The notes: generated from the sequence alone by a model not told the origin. A DNA stretch of 64,000 nt from Fimbriosthenelais zetlandica (GCA_977030845.1 OZ365113.1:17174001-17238000), one strand, 5' to 3'. Shown: positions 40,597-56,184, numbered from the stretch's first letter. Numbers and translations: made by a program.

Positions 40597-41841
40597 TACC
40601 CAAGAGGCCAATACAGGTAAAGTGAGGTGCTCGCTTTACTCTGGACACTAGACTGCACGAGGTCCCTACATTATATTATATGAGGATCGCTAACTCTCTC
40701 GTTATTAACATCCAGCTATGAGTTACCGAGGAATTAAAGCAACAAGGCCGAGTCTATCCAAGAAGGGAATGAGGTAAGGTGATCAACATCATCCAAGATG
40801 GATTTGCTTTTAGATGCATAGTTGCAAATAGTTTAATATAACTGAATAAAGAATGACATAATTGATATTAGCTATTTGTTGACCTTTGATATCCCCTGTC
40901 ACTTTTAGTATGTATGGCAGCAGCATATCTCTGTGAGGATAATTTGATGGATTGTAAGGATATACATCACATGGGAAACCTTCCAGGCAGATCCAATACC
41001 ACCCTAAGCTTGTGGTGTCTGTACAAGGTGGTTTTAGGTTATTTCATTGTTTAGGTCACGACTTCTCTGCCTTCAGCTTCAATTGATGAATTCTGGTTGA
41101 AATTTCATTTTCAGTGTAACTGCCTGGCAAAGGTAGGCCAAGCTACCGGGAAATCAAAGTTTCTGCACACATTCTTTGCCACGGTAAACAGAGGTTTATA
41201 CCCCAATAAGTTTCGGTTGACTTTGTGTTATTTTATTGATATTTGTATTATTGTTATCAGCTCAGTGCATCAGGTTGGATCGAATCATTGGGTCGATCAG
41301 GGTGTCCAGGCCCACAGCTTCGTACTGTATGGTCCTCATTGTCAGTCACACAATAATTACGTGGTTTATACCCACAACACGTACATCCTTCCATCCGCTC
41401 CGCTGGTAGAACACAATACCCAATGCACTATTTTTGTGGCTTTTCTATCAATACAGATCAATGTAGAATCACAAGGCTGGGAATATATGAAATGGACGGT
41501 CACATCCTAGCATAGTCCAGAAGCATCTCTAGGTGTCCATCATTTCCTATGGATGAGATGCAATCTTTTGGGGCTAAATCCAGCATCCTGCCTTTCCCGT
41601 GAAGATTTGATCAATTGATCTGGGTAACCTGAGCTACCTTGAAGAGCCGTTCCCTGGGTCTGCTCGACCTCAGCCCTGGCCTGCTCCAACCTCGTCCACC
41701 ATGATGCTGAGTTGAAGATGTGGCCCTAAGCATGCAGGAACATCTCTCCTGAATTTTTGGCAAAGAATCAAATTACAAAATAAACAGTCATTCTTTGATG
41801 GTTGGTCTCAGAACACAACACACCCACGTATTTTACCATTG

Positions 41842-41900
41842 TCCATTGAATGCCAACATGAGGTGCTCATACTTCCCAGTCAAGTCCTTCTATTTTTGTC
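41842..41900 (-). mobile_element. Possible gypsy RT echo
   Basis: GKYEHLMLAFNG resembles 'GxYExxVMPFGL'. Confidence 0.28.
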
Positions 41901-44275
41901 CCTCGGTCCGTTTCCCAAGACCTATTTGTGACCATCAAGTTTAAGGGCGGAATCATGAAGATCTCCATGCAGATCACGATCCGGTGTGAAATTCCAGTGT
42001 AAGTTTGGAAGCTGCCTATCTTGAGTATGTGTTGAGACATCCATGCCTGTGAATATGCATGAAGCTTATATTTGTTTAATATCCAAGGCGGAAATGGTCT
42101 TGCTGTTTCTTGAATTCAGATGAATTCTTACAAAAAGTGAAGAAGATCTTGAATAGAGGAAAATGGAGGATAACATATTGCCCTTTTGAATATAGGGTGT
42201 AGCGAGGCGATGAGGGGTGAACTGAACATTTAAATTCTCCCTCCTTACACATTGATAGCGCACAGTCGTTGACCTCCTCTGAAGTAAGAGAATACAGAAT
42301 ACGAAAGTTTTATCCCCAAATCTTTACTTTACCAAGGACATCTTCATGAAAGCAGAGCCACAGAACGATTTGAAACACAGGCTGATGCTAGTTACGGTTT
42401 CTCAACCGCGCCATCTAAAAGGTCTTGGTACTGTATTACGTTCGAGCAGTTCATATAGATGAATATATATTTTGTTAACGATAATGATATATTGATGGGC
42501 ATCAACAGGAACATATACTGTTGGTGTACCTTGTCCCACTATTCACCATATGAGGCACAACCTCTCCTCCATCCCCATCTCTCCTATAATCTCTATATAA
42601 CCTGTAATAAGCCTCTGGTCACAGATGTCATCCTTGTGATCCTCAGATAATTGAGGTCAGGCAAACCCCAATACCCATCAAATGCCAGGCAAACTGAGAC
42701 CTTCTCATCCTACATCCGGATGTTGGGGACGGTGCAAGTGATCGGTGGTGGTGCCCCTCATTGTGGGGATGGGAGATGCTGGATCAACAGTGAGAAACCT
42801 GATAGTTCATACGAGGTCAATGGCACCACATTAATTGTGTACACTAAGCTCATGGCCGATTCCAAACGGAAGAAAAACATCCCAGCAATAATTTCCTGCA
42901 ATATTTTCTTTATATTTTAGGTCACAACTTTCTAAAAAGAAAAAAGAAAAAAAAGAAAGATATCTTAGGGAAATAATTCCAGGTTGAAGGGAATATTGCT
43001 GTCTTGTACATGTGTACTCTTGGATAAAAGGTTGTTTGAGGCATGGGGCATGAGACCAACAGACACATCAAAAAGACGCCAACCGTCTTTGGATCGTGAG
43101 CTCCCACTTTACTTCAAAGGTCTGTTATCGAACATATCAAAGGCATTCGGCCCAATTACGCGCTTTGTATGGCCCCAATTAATATATTCCTTTACCATGA
43201 ATGGGGTAAAATAGGAGCCCCAAGAGTGTTTATCTAGTTATATTCCTCTAAATATAAGACGGGTGGTTTTCTAAGAGGAACGAATTATATGTGTTTCAGC
43301 TTCTATAGAGCATGTATACATGTAGAAGCTGAAGCTAAGAATAGCACGTCCCTGTAATAACAGCAGAGGAGAACGTCACCTTGACTCTGATGTTCATTAT
43401 ATAGATCAGCAAATCTATCTAGACATCGATATGTGCATCACTAATCGATAGCACCTACATCCATTTGATACGCACTATATAGCAATTTACTCCAGACCTA
43501 AATGGTTCAATGAATTGAGTGAGGTATTGACTTGGTCTAGGGTGTAAATATTGCATTCAGACTGCCTTTGTTCTGTGTTATCTAATGACGTATTATCTTC
43601 ATATCTGTTTTTATGTAACATAGAGCTCCGAAACCACATTATACCTATCTCGATTCTCGAAGTTGGCATTTACTTTCTCATTGCCTTCTTATCTTCCAAA
43701 CAGCAGATAAGAGATGTAAATAGTACAAATACCAGATCCATATGTCGAGTGGATGCATATTGGCCCAGCCTCATTGCCTGCACGTGTTATGATGGTCATA
43801 GGCTACATCTGTGAGAGGTTTATCATATATCTACCCAGCAGAAAATACCAGTAAGTGATAAACAACAGAGAGTAAAGGCCAGATAAAGGCAGAACGCCGG
43901 TTCTCAGCTACGATTACCTTGTCTAAAACGATTCCAGGTAGAAGACATATAAAGCATAGGATACATTCTTTTTTGCATCAAAAATAATACAAAATTAATA
44001 TGCAATTTCTGAGTTTATCCTACTAAGACTGGTTCATGATTGAAGTGAGAGCATACCTGGACCATCTGAGCTGTCCAAACTGTTGATGGTGTTTGTCATT
44101 TTTATCATCTCTCTCCCGCTACCTTGGGGACATATCCATCATAGATATATGCAGGGCTGGCACCGAGGGAGTCTTTGAAGGCCACTGATGCATTGTGCCA
44201 TATATATACAGCAGTGTTTGTGAATGGAAGGTCCGGCTTGACTGCCATGTATATGTCAGTCACTTTCATGTCCAT

Positions 44276-44320
44276 TTCACATTGGATGCGAGTGCTGCAA
44301 GGACTGACGGATCATGTCTA
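44276..44320 (+). mobile_element. Possible gypsy RNase H start echo
   Basis: FTLDASAA then frameshifted GL resembles 'FxLxTDASxxGLG'. Confidence 0.22.
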
Positions 44321-45374
44321 TTTCAGACTAACTATAAAAAGACTTGCACCATTCGAATGTAGTAAGGTGTCATGACAGATGAGCAATTTAAAGTGACACT
44401 GGCCTTGTCATAATGAGGAAGGGTCGACCAGCAGGGCGAGGTGTTACTATCTGGAGGCTATGATACCCGGCATACCAACCTGTGCTGGCAGAGATAAGGC
44501 TTTATTCTTGTCTTTATACTTGATTTGTTTCTCCCTTTGGTCTACCTCATGAGATTTCCCCAAGGACATTTGTGCTTCCTATTGCTCTTGGGTCCAGAAT
44601 AGTGCCACAAGACCCAAGTGTACATATTTGTATGGCTGCACCAAACAGACCTGTCACAATCAGGCAAACCACACACATACCATCGAGAATTCTGTCCCAG
44701 TCAACTACTTTTGCTATAAGTTGGCTAATCTAAAATAGAAATATATAGTAATACTGGAATCAATAACGCATTGCTACGAACCTTTTTTACCGTGGTACAG
44801 AGGCTTTTAGCATGAATATTTGAGATACTCATGGACTGGATGTTCTACCAGGCTTTTCAGCAGAGACAGGGAGAGAGTGTAAAGTCATTCTCTGGACGAG
44901 TACTTTAGTCCTGACTGAATTCAACAACAAGAACTTTTCATGCCAGACAGCATTTACAGTTGTTTTCTCCCTCTTCTAGCCCGGGGGACTCTGACTATGG
45001 CTTTACATTCTAGCCACGAAGCAGTCTGGATCAGGCTTTTGTAACATCTTTCTCCTCATCCTGTCTCTAACACAGACCTTGGCACACAGACACCTACATT
45101 TTGTCTGAAAGCAACTTCTCTCTGCCCAATGAGATTAATTATGTTCTGTAGCCTTTTGTTTTTTAAGAGGCTAGTAGTGGTGGGATCCCCGGTCACCTGG
45201 ATTGCAGTTGTTGGTGCCAGTAAGATGTGTTGTACAAATGGGGAAGACTTCTGAATGTTTTAAAGGATGCCTATCGTAGGTCTATAAGTCTCCATCCAAT
45301 ATGCTTTGGATACTAAATGATGCAGGGGATAACGAGTTTTATGAGCTTGTACCCAGACAGCTTGCTTTTCACGA

Positions 45375-45472
45375 TCACTATAAATTTCCACTCTTGCTAC
45401 AAATTTGTGAAATGGGGGAAATACCGGGAAGGATTCAAAGTGAGTTCTTATCACGAATTTCCTGTAGTTCAC
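45375..45472 (-). mobile_element. Degenerate Ty3/gypsy RNase H fragment
   Basis: YRKFVIRTHFES...ARVEI resembles plant gypsy 'GRxFVIRTDHESL...ARWxEF'. Confidence 0.33.
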
Positions 45473-47144
45473 TATGATTAAATTGAAATAAATGTCAATT
45501 GGGACCAGTAAGGGACTACTCTTATGCTATACATGATCCACAGAGAAAGCATTCAATGTCCAATGTTGTAGGCCTATTGTAATACATTTCACCAAGCAAA
45601 TAACAGGAAAGTTTATACCATGGATGTCCTGGTGTTCCGCTGATTAATTTGGAAATAAAATGTCATCTGGGAGAAGGTAGAGATATTATATGAACTCCAA
45701 TGTTATACATAACACTGTGAGAAGGGAAATCAATGTACACTGTTATATGGCTAGCATATGAAACTTAATCAGGTTAAAATAGCAGAGAAGTGTATGATAA
45801 TTTGTTCAGCCGTTCACCTAATTAAATTGAAATAACATTATGTGAAATGGCAGGTAAGGATAGTGTGAACTCAAAGTGATATAATTGGCCTCTAAAGGAT
45901 ACATGGACTATATGTTAAACATGATGCTGTGAGGAGGACAATCTGTAACTAAGTATTCAATTAGGCGAATAGCAAGAAATATAGCAGGAAAAAAGCGTCA
46001 TGTAATTTCTTGCTGTTCCCCTGATTATATTGAAACTAATCTGGTAGGTGGTAATGTAGGTTATCCTCTCAGTATTTCAGTTCAGACACATGTGAAAGAC
46101 ATTTTAATTATATAGAGGCCTAGTGCGATTATATAGTCCTTAAACTAAAGTTCTTCACAAGTCATAACCCTAATGATAATAATATATTCACTGGGTTTTG
46201 AGTAAGGTTTGGAGACAACCTACAACGAGAAGCCCTCAGCATATAATTTCTGCATGCACATATTTATCTCATTAAATTCCTGGCATACTCCTTGTCTTCA
46301 TTTAAGTAAAGCTTGCTTGCACTTAACTAAAAATAGGGCCATCAAAGAATTGTATGCACGATAAAAAGCTCGTTAAGGTTATAGGGATGATGATGCTCTC
46401 TCAAACACTTACAAATGACCACTTCATCAAAGTAGGCGCCCAGACGTCCTAATCACATTGCTAACTATCGATCTAAGCAAGTGTTCTTAAACCTTGCTCT
46501 CATACCTGACTAATTGGTTTCACAAAAGATGCCCACATCCTTTCCTAATGAACATTATCTTGATATGATTAGCCAACATCCCCCCGTTTCCAGTGTTCCT
46601 AATTGAGGAAATTTCATTGCTTCCATTTGCTATTTAGAGAGTGCATGCAACTACAGAAGGAGGTGGATATCTATACAAAGGTCTATATAACCTTGGGTCT
46701 TATATTAAACAGATCGTAAAGATCAATCATATATCCAGTAATAAACAGTAATTTCGCATTAACTGAATATGTGAATCTGACCACCTCAATCAATACTATA
46801 GAGCTTTATGAAGCATTTGAGGTAAAAAGCAGAGACAAACATCGTAATCCTGCTATTAGATCCTCACACTATGAACAGGATGTATAATAAGGTGTCGTAA
46901 TTGAGGTGATAAAATCGCCTCCCTCAGTATGATGCAACTAGATCTAGAACGCTGTCAATTGCGATCCTATCACTGGGCAAGGTAACTGGATCTTTTCAAT
47001 TAAGACCCCCTGTTATTTCACATTTCCTTTAGGTCTAACAACCGTGTTTTTCTTGCCTGTGGAAAAAGAGTATTTGCAACTGGTAGCTGATTCTTGTGTT
47101 GGTCTAATTTGCCCGTCCCCGAGACCCTGCTGGTCCTTTCTCCT

Positions 47145-47649
47145 GGGATGTAGAAAGGCATTGCATCGAGATCTTGTTAATTATCAGCAGAATGCCAATC
47201 CCAAAGACTTTGAGACCGATTTGCTGAGGCGCGTTAAGAGGTGTCAATCATGTGCACAAAGGATCATTTTAGTATCGACCCATCAAGTCTTTAGTGTTCA
47301 GTCCGTCGATGTTAATGATGGATTTGAGACAAGTCTCCCAAACAATTAAGGCAGGGATGACTATGTTTAAAAGAAATTTCAGGCTAATGCCAGGCACAGT
47401 GATGAGGCCAATGAATGCTTGCCAAAGGGTGGTTAGTTGATGGAGAATCAATTCCGTGCAAGCAATCATTTATCTTGCACGGCACAAAGTAATCCTCTGA
47501 AATTATGATGATTGCAATGGAAAAATCGTAGCTGTTACCTTAATTGATGCGATCGTGTTGCGTGGCAAGGCGATTGGATGATCTTTGACAGCAATGATAT
47601 GAATCGGGTGATCCAGTCGCATCACATTTTCCCGACAAACGAATTGACT
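47145..47649 (+). mobile_element. Degenerate Ty3/gypsy integrase region
   Basis: LGCRKALH...DLLRRVKRCQSCAQ (ends about 47259) resembles the integrase zinc finger 'D...YVKxCxxCQ'. HHIFPTNELT at 47620-47649 resembles 'YHPQTNGLxE' at roughly the expected distance. Confidence 0.4.
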
Positions 47650-50600
47650 AATTTAAATTATTGCCAGCCAATATACCCTTTAGGTGATATAGGCTTGCAA
47701 AATACAAAGTGGATATTATGTGCCGACAGTGATATGGGATGATTATTATCCTGGGAGAGAAAGGCAAAACTTTCACGCAGGAGCACAGGATCCAATCACA
47801 AACATAATCAAAATGGGTAATACCATTAACAGGGGTCTGCACAGAGCCACTTATCCCAGCGTTATACATCAATGTCTGTTTAAATAGGTTTCAAATAAAT
47901 AGGCCGTACCATTAATACTTCATTTTGTTTGCCTGCTCGGAGGTTTTAATCGAAAACACGTCAGGACAAAGATGAATCATGTAAAAATATCTAGTTCCGG
48001 CTTCATTGTAATGTGAACGTCATTCACAATGGCTGTCAGGGTGTAAATTGTTAATCAGAATCGTCAGATGTTGCTTTCATTGTCCGCAATCGAAGTTCTA
48101 ATTCCACGTACCTTCCATTCATCACATGTTTATGGTGTAAATCTCATGGCAGTGCCATGAATGTGTACACAAACTGAAATATTGCTAATGTTTAGTGAAA
48201 AGTTTAGCAATTGTACTGCAGTGCCTCTATTGGAATGAAAATTATTATCGTAGCATATGCTGTGGCTTGTACCTATCTACAAATGTCCAACCCTCTTCCC
48301 AGAGTGATAGGAAGGAGAGGCCACCCACTAGGTCCAGATACCTTGATGTCCTTTTTTCAAGAGAAGCACAGATGTGGCTAGCCTATCTGCCAGACAACCT
48401 CAAGCATTCTCAGGAAAAATATAGGCCTTTTATAAGGAAAAAAGGTCTCGAAAAGGGTCAGATTTGAAGAGTGTGAAGGAGCTTGATAACCAACTATTAT
48501 TCTGAGTGCCCCTCGGACTGATAACAAATTTATGGCAGTCAGCCACTCCTTCATTATTGGTCTAATACCGTAGAGCAGGAAAGCATTGGGGACTCTTCTA
48601 TAACACTCAATCAGTGCTAAAGATGAATACTTAAAATTATTGGGTCAGAATCTGATTAGCCGGCTGCTACTCTTACGGTTTTGTGCCAAGCAAAGCAGAG
48701 AATTCTGCTTAATTTTTCTCCCACGAGTCATCTTGGTCTCCAGTGAAGCCTGCTTGCTGTCAGTTCAGGACCAGCTCGATCATCACGGGGCTAGCCTATC
48801 AAACGTTTTAAGTAATCAAGACGGGTAAGGGCGAATAAAAACAAAGCCAATTAATCACTGCAAGTGTTACGGGCCCGAGATGGTTGCATGAATGCATGGT
48901 TGCCTTTTCCCAATCATTTACTGACGGCTGTTAATCCTTTCAATTTAAGTGCCAGCAAAGGGAAGAAATCTAGAGAGAATCCACTTTTCAAAGTTATTGA
49001 ATGAATTAATGATGCACTAACAAAAGCTGTAAACGATGATCAGGTTCTAGTTAAAACCTCATCTATTATATGCTGTGGTTCCTATAAGTATTGCTTCCTG
49101 TCTTTTAGTTATCAATATAAGATGTAGGTCCTACTGACATTGCTGTATATATGCACGAGTTTTTATAACAAATCCTGGTTTGTATTAGAGCTTGCAGAGC
49201 AATGTCTTGAAGGTCAATGGCCACATTTTCACTAAATATTGACTTTCATGGCCGTTTTACTGGTCCCTGGACGCCACTCGGCTGCTAAATCCATTTAGAG
49301 CATGCTGTGGCCACAAGATTGAAACCCTCCCATAAATCCATGTGTCAAACTATACTTGTCTTAAAGATCTCTGTCAACACTAGATGCAAAGTCAATATCC
49401 TATATCCTGGTGATGATAAAAACAGGTTTTCAATGGCAAAAACTTTACTTTAAAGAATAAATATCGACATCGTTTCATGAATTTGCATGAGCATTTCCTG
49501 TTTTTATGAAACTTTCCCAGTTCACTTAGGTCAATGGAAATAGGAACAGAGTAAAAGAGGGTGAGATAGCATTGAGGCCATGTGTACTAAGTCGAGAGTA
49601 AATAGTGGAAATGGGCTGGGCCTGAACTGCTCAGAGCTGCTCATGGTAGGCCCCAACCACTAAGAGCAGGACACGTACTTCCTATCCGTTATGTACTCAC
49701 ACTGCTTGTGGCCTAGAAGGCCTCTCTCTTAACAAGTAAAACAAACGAGGGAGAGAACAAGTGGCTGGGATGGCTAAACATAAAAGCAAAGACAGGAAAA
49801 ACTTGGCGAAAGGTACTCTGCGGGACTGAACGGTAGGCATAAATAGTCGTGCTGCACTCAAGGGCTTTGCCAAAACTTCGGTGTTTTATGGCCTTTCTCT
49901 AAACAAAAGGTGTAAACTGATTTTATGCAGAAAGTGAATCCAGTGTTCTGGGGAGGATGTGCACTGAATGTGTATCAACAAAGGGTGGTTTTGCTCGCTA
50001 AACGGCTCATAGTAAACTGGCTGCCAGGCTCAGTTGCTATTATTTTGAAGTATGTGGCTTATTTCAGTAGAAGAGGATTAATAAGGCCAACATTAGCAAG
50101 TTTTGGGTACATTTTATCGGGTAGTTGAATGTCTTTCATGTCTGAGTTGAATTCGGCAAAATCCAACTTCATCCATAAGGAAGCCATGTTTTATGACATT
50201 GTCCCAAGGGATACCTTAAGGGTTTTCTTGAGAGTGACAGTGAGCCTTTTCTACATTCCTCTCTCTCACTGCCAATTTCCACATTTTCGTCTTGTTCCCT
50301 TGCTCTGTGTGACCTGTCACGTGCTTGGACGTGTCACAAGTGCTCACACGAGGGCGTGGAAACCCATTTTGCCAGAGATTAGTGGTATAAACCCAGCACA
50401 CAGCCTGAGGACAAGGCCGGCATGTGCTTGACCAGCCTCTGGTCATGCACCAAACAAGTATGACTACTCCTCTCCTGCCTCATCTGAAATTCTGTACTAC
50501 ATATTTCCTACCCGAAACGCAAAGTCAATTGTGGAAATAAAACTACTTCAATGAGATAGGGAATCTCTTGTACTGCCTGTGCCATGCCAGTTGCTGACCT

Positions 50601-53600
50601 TTGGTTGAACATGGTACTTCTCTGTCTCACATGAACAATGGCAGCTTTTGCGTGGTGGATGCGAGAATTGATTGAGGTTAGGGCACAGTTGGCACTTTTC
50701 TTGTTGCAGAAGGGAGGCGTGTGTGAAGTCTCCTAGTAGACACCGATCATTCAGTAACTTAGGCCAGCTTTCTGATGGCCAAGTCAGGACAGATAATAAG
50801 CTTTGTTATCTTCTCACGGCGACTGTAACGAGGAAGGCAATGGATGCGTTACATGCCCTCTTCATGTTTTGAAACATCAAGCTTCCTGTTGGGGTACACC
50901 TGCAGTTTTTCTTGATCTGCTTCACAACGCCATAAATAATGCCAAGACATAATTCTAGGCGATGTTCCGTACAGGAAATGTAAAATAAACAGTTACCAAT
51001 TAGACTTTATCTTGCTTCATAATACGTCTTCTTGGTTGACAATCCACATCCCCTCTTCGCAGTTCATTCGTCTTTTTCCCAGCTGAGATTTACGCTGAGT
51101 AATATTTTATGGACCCCATGTACTGGGATCGATAGCATGATGCCTTTTATATGAAGTGGCTGTTATGCAATGTTTACACGGGCAGGATGTGACATATTTG
51201 CAGTGTTCTCATGCATCTGATACCACGCCAAGCCTGACTGAAGAAACCTAACAATCTCCCTCTTCAAGCCAACTAAGCCAAGTCCTTATTTTTATCTACC
51301 TCCACCCAACCTACGTCAGTAATGGGTACATATCTGCCCTAGTCAGGCCTGCCTCCGATGAAGATCTCAAATCTTTTTTTTTACCTTCCCCCAAGTTGAA
51401 TGTGTAATCAATAAATGGCGACCTTAGTCTCTCTTCTCCTCCTTCCATGGAGACTACTTCACGATTCCATAGCAACCTCCCTTGTCAACCTAATGTACTG
51501 ATAGGACACTGACTTTCAATACTGAAAAAAAGGCATCAGAGCATCAACCGCAGCAGTAGCACGTCACACGCAAAGCGTTGCTGCTGGTGGCTATTGGTTC
51601 AGTGGGCAGATTGATGCCTCTTCTGGCTAATACCAACCTATCTGTTATCTAGAATGGGACTGAAACAGGACTCTCCCATTTCACGAAGGGCTTAGATAGA
51701 CATCCCACCAGAATAATCCAAAGGATGACCATCCTCTATATGGAATCTGGCAATATTATGTGGGTGGGTCATGCAGCCCACACCCATACATGTTTACGAC
51801 TTCACAGATCCACTTGGATCGGGCGTATAAATATCCATTTCAAACATTCAAATACACCGTTGTGTTGATAAGGCTGCATGCATACTTTTTCCATTCTTAA
51901 CACGCCTGGTCATAAACTATGGTCAGGCTGTACGATTACACCACAGGCTAGACTTGTATGAGCTCCAAATCACCCACATTACCAAAACGGAATAATATCA
52001 TCTGATTATGGCTTGGTGTGGAATTGGGATGGCCTAGATGATGAGGGGACCGTTTAGGGATGCTGACGCCCTGCTTTTCCAATAGTAAATGTGTGATCAA
52101 GGATCTGGGGCATGAAACGAGATTCATGAAGAATCTGCTGCATAGTGGATCACTCCTTTTACCTGAGTATACTAAACATCGTACCTGCCTACCAAGTTAA
52201 GAGTATTCCCTGGTCTATATCCCCATGCATTGCCTGCGTACAGAATACCCACCAAAACCTCCAGAGATCCTGGAGAAAAGGGTAAGAGGGGTAAATCCCC
52301 ATGGACTTGGTCTTTATCCATGTCCCTGTGGGATGTATGGCATACACAGACAACCTGCATGATGCCGGAGGAAGAGATGCACTGGAATGCCTTGTTGGAG
52401 TTAATTAAAAAATCAGAGGGAAGCCTGCATCATGGTGATGGAGGGGGTTGATGGATGGGTGAGAATTAGCCTCATTGGGGCTGTCACTTGTAGTTGATCG
52501 ATGCAGTATCTAAAACATGGAGATGATATTCACACAAAGTGGGCTATCGGATCAGCCACCGAGCCCAGCTTGTTACCCGGGTAAGCACATATGACATCCC
52601 AAGGAAGCCAACACTCCATATATCATTAGAAAACATTCTGGTCAGCCGTTGACCTTCTTTTGATTGTGTCACTTCCGTTTTCCTCATGCAGTTATATCCT
52701 CTGCTGCATAATTGCATCCAATACTGCTATAAATGTTTTTAATATTGATTACTTGCTAATAGTATCTATGTGTCATCTACTTTCAGAACTATAGCATCAG
52801 GTGAAAAAGGTGTTGATGCTGCAATTAGGCTGCAATGACAATACAGACAACTAAGCATGATAAAGTTACATTTGTGTCATATATGACTTGAGGTATTGTC
52901 TCAATTCATCATAAGTAATTAGGGATTGTCTACAAGTAACTAGTTCGATGGTGAAGCTCCGCCCTATAGTCAAAATGCCTTGATGTGGCAATGAATAATG
53001 CATGAGGATATTAACATGCGACATTGCGTGAGCTTATCACACCCCATTTATAAGGAGATTGTGGAGTGGCAGAATTTAATTGATCCCCAAGTGAGAAAGA
53101 CAAGGCTCATGTGTAAGACTAGGGAGTGGAGTTTGTTCGCATGCTTGATACTTGCACCTCAACTCTAGGAGATTTATGAAAGGGGATCTTATTCACTTTC
53201 TTGGTACTGGCATATATAAAGCAAGGCTAGCGTGTGAGCTTGCACACTTTTAATTCACTTCCATTGTAACAAGTTTCAAAATTTGTGAGGCTCAGAGCCC
53301 TGACTAGCAGCCGGTTGCGGTCTACTTTGCACTTGATGAATGTTGATTAGAGAATTACATTGTTAGACCGTCTACATGGGATTTGATATGATAGACCATA
53401 TCTCAAATACTCTTTACTGTTTCTCTCAGACCAATAGCTTGAATATATATACAACACAGTTTTTGATATAGAGCAAGTAGCACATGGAAAAGTAGCTCTG
53501 CATCTGGACTTCTGAGCTGATACAAGTTCAATTGTACCTCCAAAGCTTAATTCTTTTATCGATATTTAGCGAGTCAATATTGGATGAGGATGCTAAGTAA

Positions 53601-56184
53601 ATAGAAGAGACGTCTTCTTCGAATTACGTGAATCATTCCCATAAGATCTTCCCTCGAGGCCAGAACCCATTTTGAAGACTGCCTCAGACTTAAAGTTTAT
53701 TGGCTCGCATCTGTTGAACCTTGTTCCTGTAGAACCTTGTCCATGACTAACCTGCCTCTAGCACCCTATTCCAGTGACCTGAGGCAACCATTCAGCTAAA
53801 AGCCAATGATCCAGAGAATGAATGCATGGATGCTTGCCCATGTAGCATGTCTGCACCTGGCTTAACGTGGATAGATCAGGGAATGTAAACATGGTCTGGG
53901 TTAATCGGGAAACCCTCTCTGACAGTTCAAATAATAGTTGCATTGCCAGGGAAGGTATCTACGGAAAGGGAATTAATTTAAACCAATGCCATTACTATAG
54001 GTCGACCGTATATAGAAAGGGGGATTTTGAAGGCAATCTCTCATTAGTTGCCAGAGCTGTTGCCGTAAACCAACAAGCAATTTGACCCTTTATGGACCTC
54101 ATTCCCAAAGCAGTTGATGGGTGTATACTGCTACAAGGGAATCTGATATTCACTAGCCCTTGTAGAGCTCTATTGGTCTACACATGATATAGAGGGATGT
54201 AACTTTTGCCCATATCAGGCATTACTGACATGTTGTGCAGCCTGAATGTGCAGCATACCATGTATTGGATAACCTATACAAACACAAAAAAGCAAGAAAA
54301 AATCAACCCTGTTTCATGATGTAGGAACCAGCAAATGGTCTGATTGCACGGGAATGAGGTGCCTGGAAAAATCGATTGGGCCAAATTTCCCACTGGGCAA
54401 CAAAGTCAAGTTCCAGAATGAAGTCTGAATCTCGAATTTCCATGGAATGAATTCGTGGCCTTGTTTGAGTGAAATGGTCTGGTTTTTATATGAAATTTCA
54501 TCCCATGCTCCATTAACCTCTATAGTAAATAATAATGGCCAGTTTTGATTAGGACCTGGGTGTTTAGACATCAGTAGTTATCTGGTGGGGAGAGTGATGA
54601 TGAAGCCTGATCAGTGTCAGTAGTAAGGGATAGGGTGGCATACAGAATAATTTTGTTATCATGATGTATTGCTTCTGCCGTCCACCACAGACCTTAGCAG
54701 TTTTGAGATTGTGCAGACAGAGAGACTACTCGTGTGGACTATCCCTCTCTTCCTTCCCCTTCACATAGTCCATCTTGAATTGTTTTTGGAGGCCATAATC
54801 AAAGATTGCCTTTATTTAATGCCTGATACTCGTCCCTATTCTCAGAGTAGGGAAATGCATCGAAACATCTCCATTTCCACATGGTAAACATGCCATGTAC
54901 AATTAGTTCGTGCAGCCGAGCAGTGATGCTATATGACCTGAGGCATTTCAGGCAGATCTAAATCTTGGAATTTGTCCATCTATTCCTGGCTTCTGTCGAA
55001 GAAACGCTGCTTAATCACTCTATTAAAAGCAAAAATCAAAACCGTTCAGCTACGATTTGCGGCATTTGAGGCTTTCATCTCCATCCTATCTGTCACCTCT
55101 TGGACCTCCCAAGATCTGGCCCCATCAGTCAGTCCTGTGAGGGCCCAGGCAGGGCAAGGACATGTTTCGATTCAAGTCACTGCTTTCCTTTGCCTTTCAC
55201 CATCCAGTTCCTGTACTTTAACTCTTAACTTCAGGAATGTAAATTGGGATTTCCACTCCTTTGATCAAAAATATGGTATTCTTTGCCATATAAATTACGT
55301 TAATATGACGCAGATTGATTTCTTGATTGATGAATACATTGTTTCCATGACAAACTCTGAGAGCATTGTTTAAACGCTTGATTACTTCACAGGCCATCAG
55401 ATTGACAGGTGGTTCATCAATAATTTCAGGATTGGGTCGTCCTTGCTCCTTTGTCACATGCCTTTTATCTTCGTCGTGGTTGTCATGGCGATTTCAACAT
55501 GGCTGACAGTTTATTTGGCATGTTGTTAGAGGATATGGTACAAGAAGAGAAATGGGTAGTAACTCATCACGCATTCATGTCATGTGTTAGGTAATTACCT
55601 TGATGGCTGCCTTATAATGAACACTGCAGCCTGACAATCAGCAAATCACTTGCTTCATAGCCAGCGGGGTCAATGTATGAATACCTGTTGGTTATGGCTT
55701 TGGTACCTGATGATAAAGATGACACGGCTTCCATTAGTAGAAGATGTATTAGCAGTCGCTGTTGGGCAATGTAACCCGAGTCATGTAATTATACTTGCAT
55801 TCTGTATTACATTAGGAGGTTATGCACCATTCATTTTAACCTTTTTGTGCTGACGATTATCAGTAGTAGTTTCATATAACAGCCCATTAGATAAGATCGC
55901 ATCTATATAATTATGTATATCATCGTATTGATGTAAATTTATGCTTTGGGCCCATTCAAACCATCACTCAGTTTACATAAAGGCATTAATAAGAGTAATA
56001 TATTCCGCTAACATAATATTGTAGTGTTAGAGGAATACATCACTTTTATTAATGCCTATGAGGATAAGAGTGTCAAATTCTAATGCGCGGTAATGTATGT
56101 TCTGTCCAGAAAGAGGTTCAAGGCTGGCAGGAACCTACAATAACAGGAATGCCTGGCTCTGGGTCTTCCTATATGCCATTGGTA

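Noticed and set aside
52331-52357. GCMAYTDNL as an RT YxDD motif
   Set aside because: Lacks the DD and the neighbouring RT motifs are not convincing.
54503-54541. WPLLFTIEVNGAW as copia 'WPLxQxDVNNAF'
   Set aside because: Weak match, and the downstream LKQ motif is far too close.
55000-55075. ASNAANRS* (minus strand) as hAT dimerisation motif
   Set aside because: Only about 5 matching residues and a stop codon; no other hAT features.
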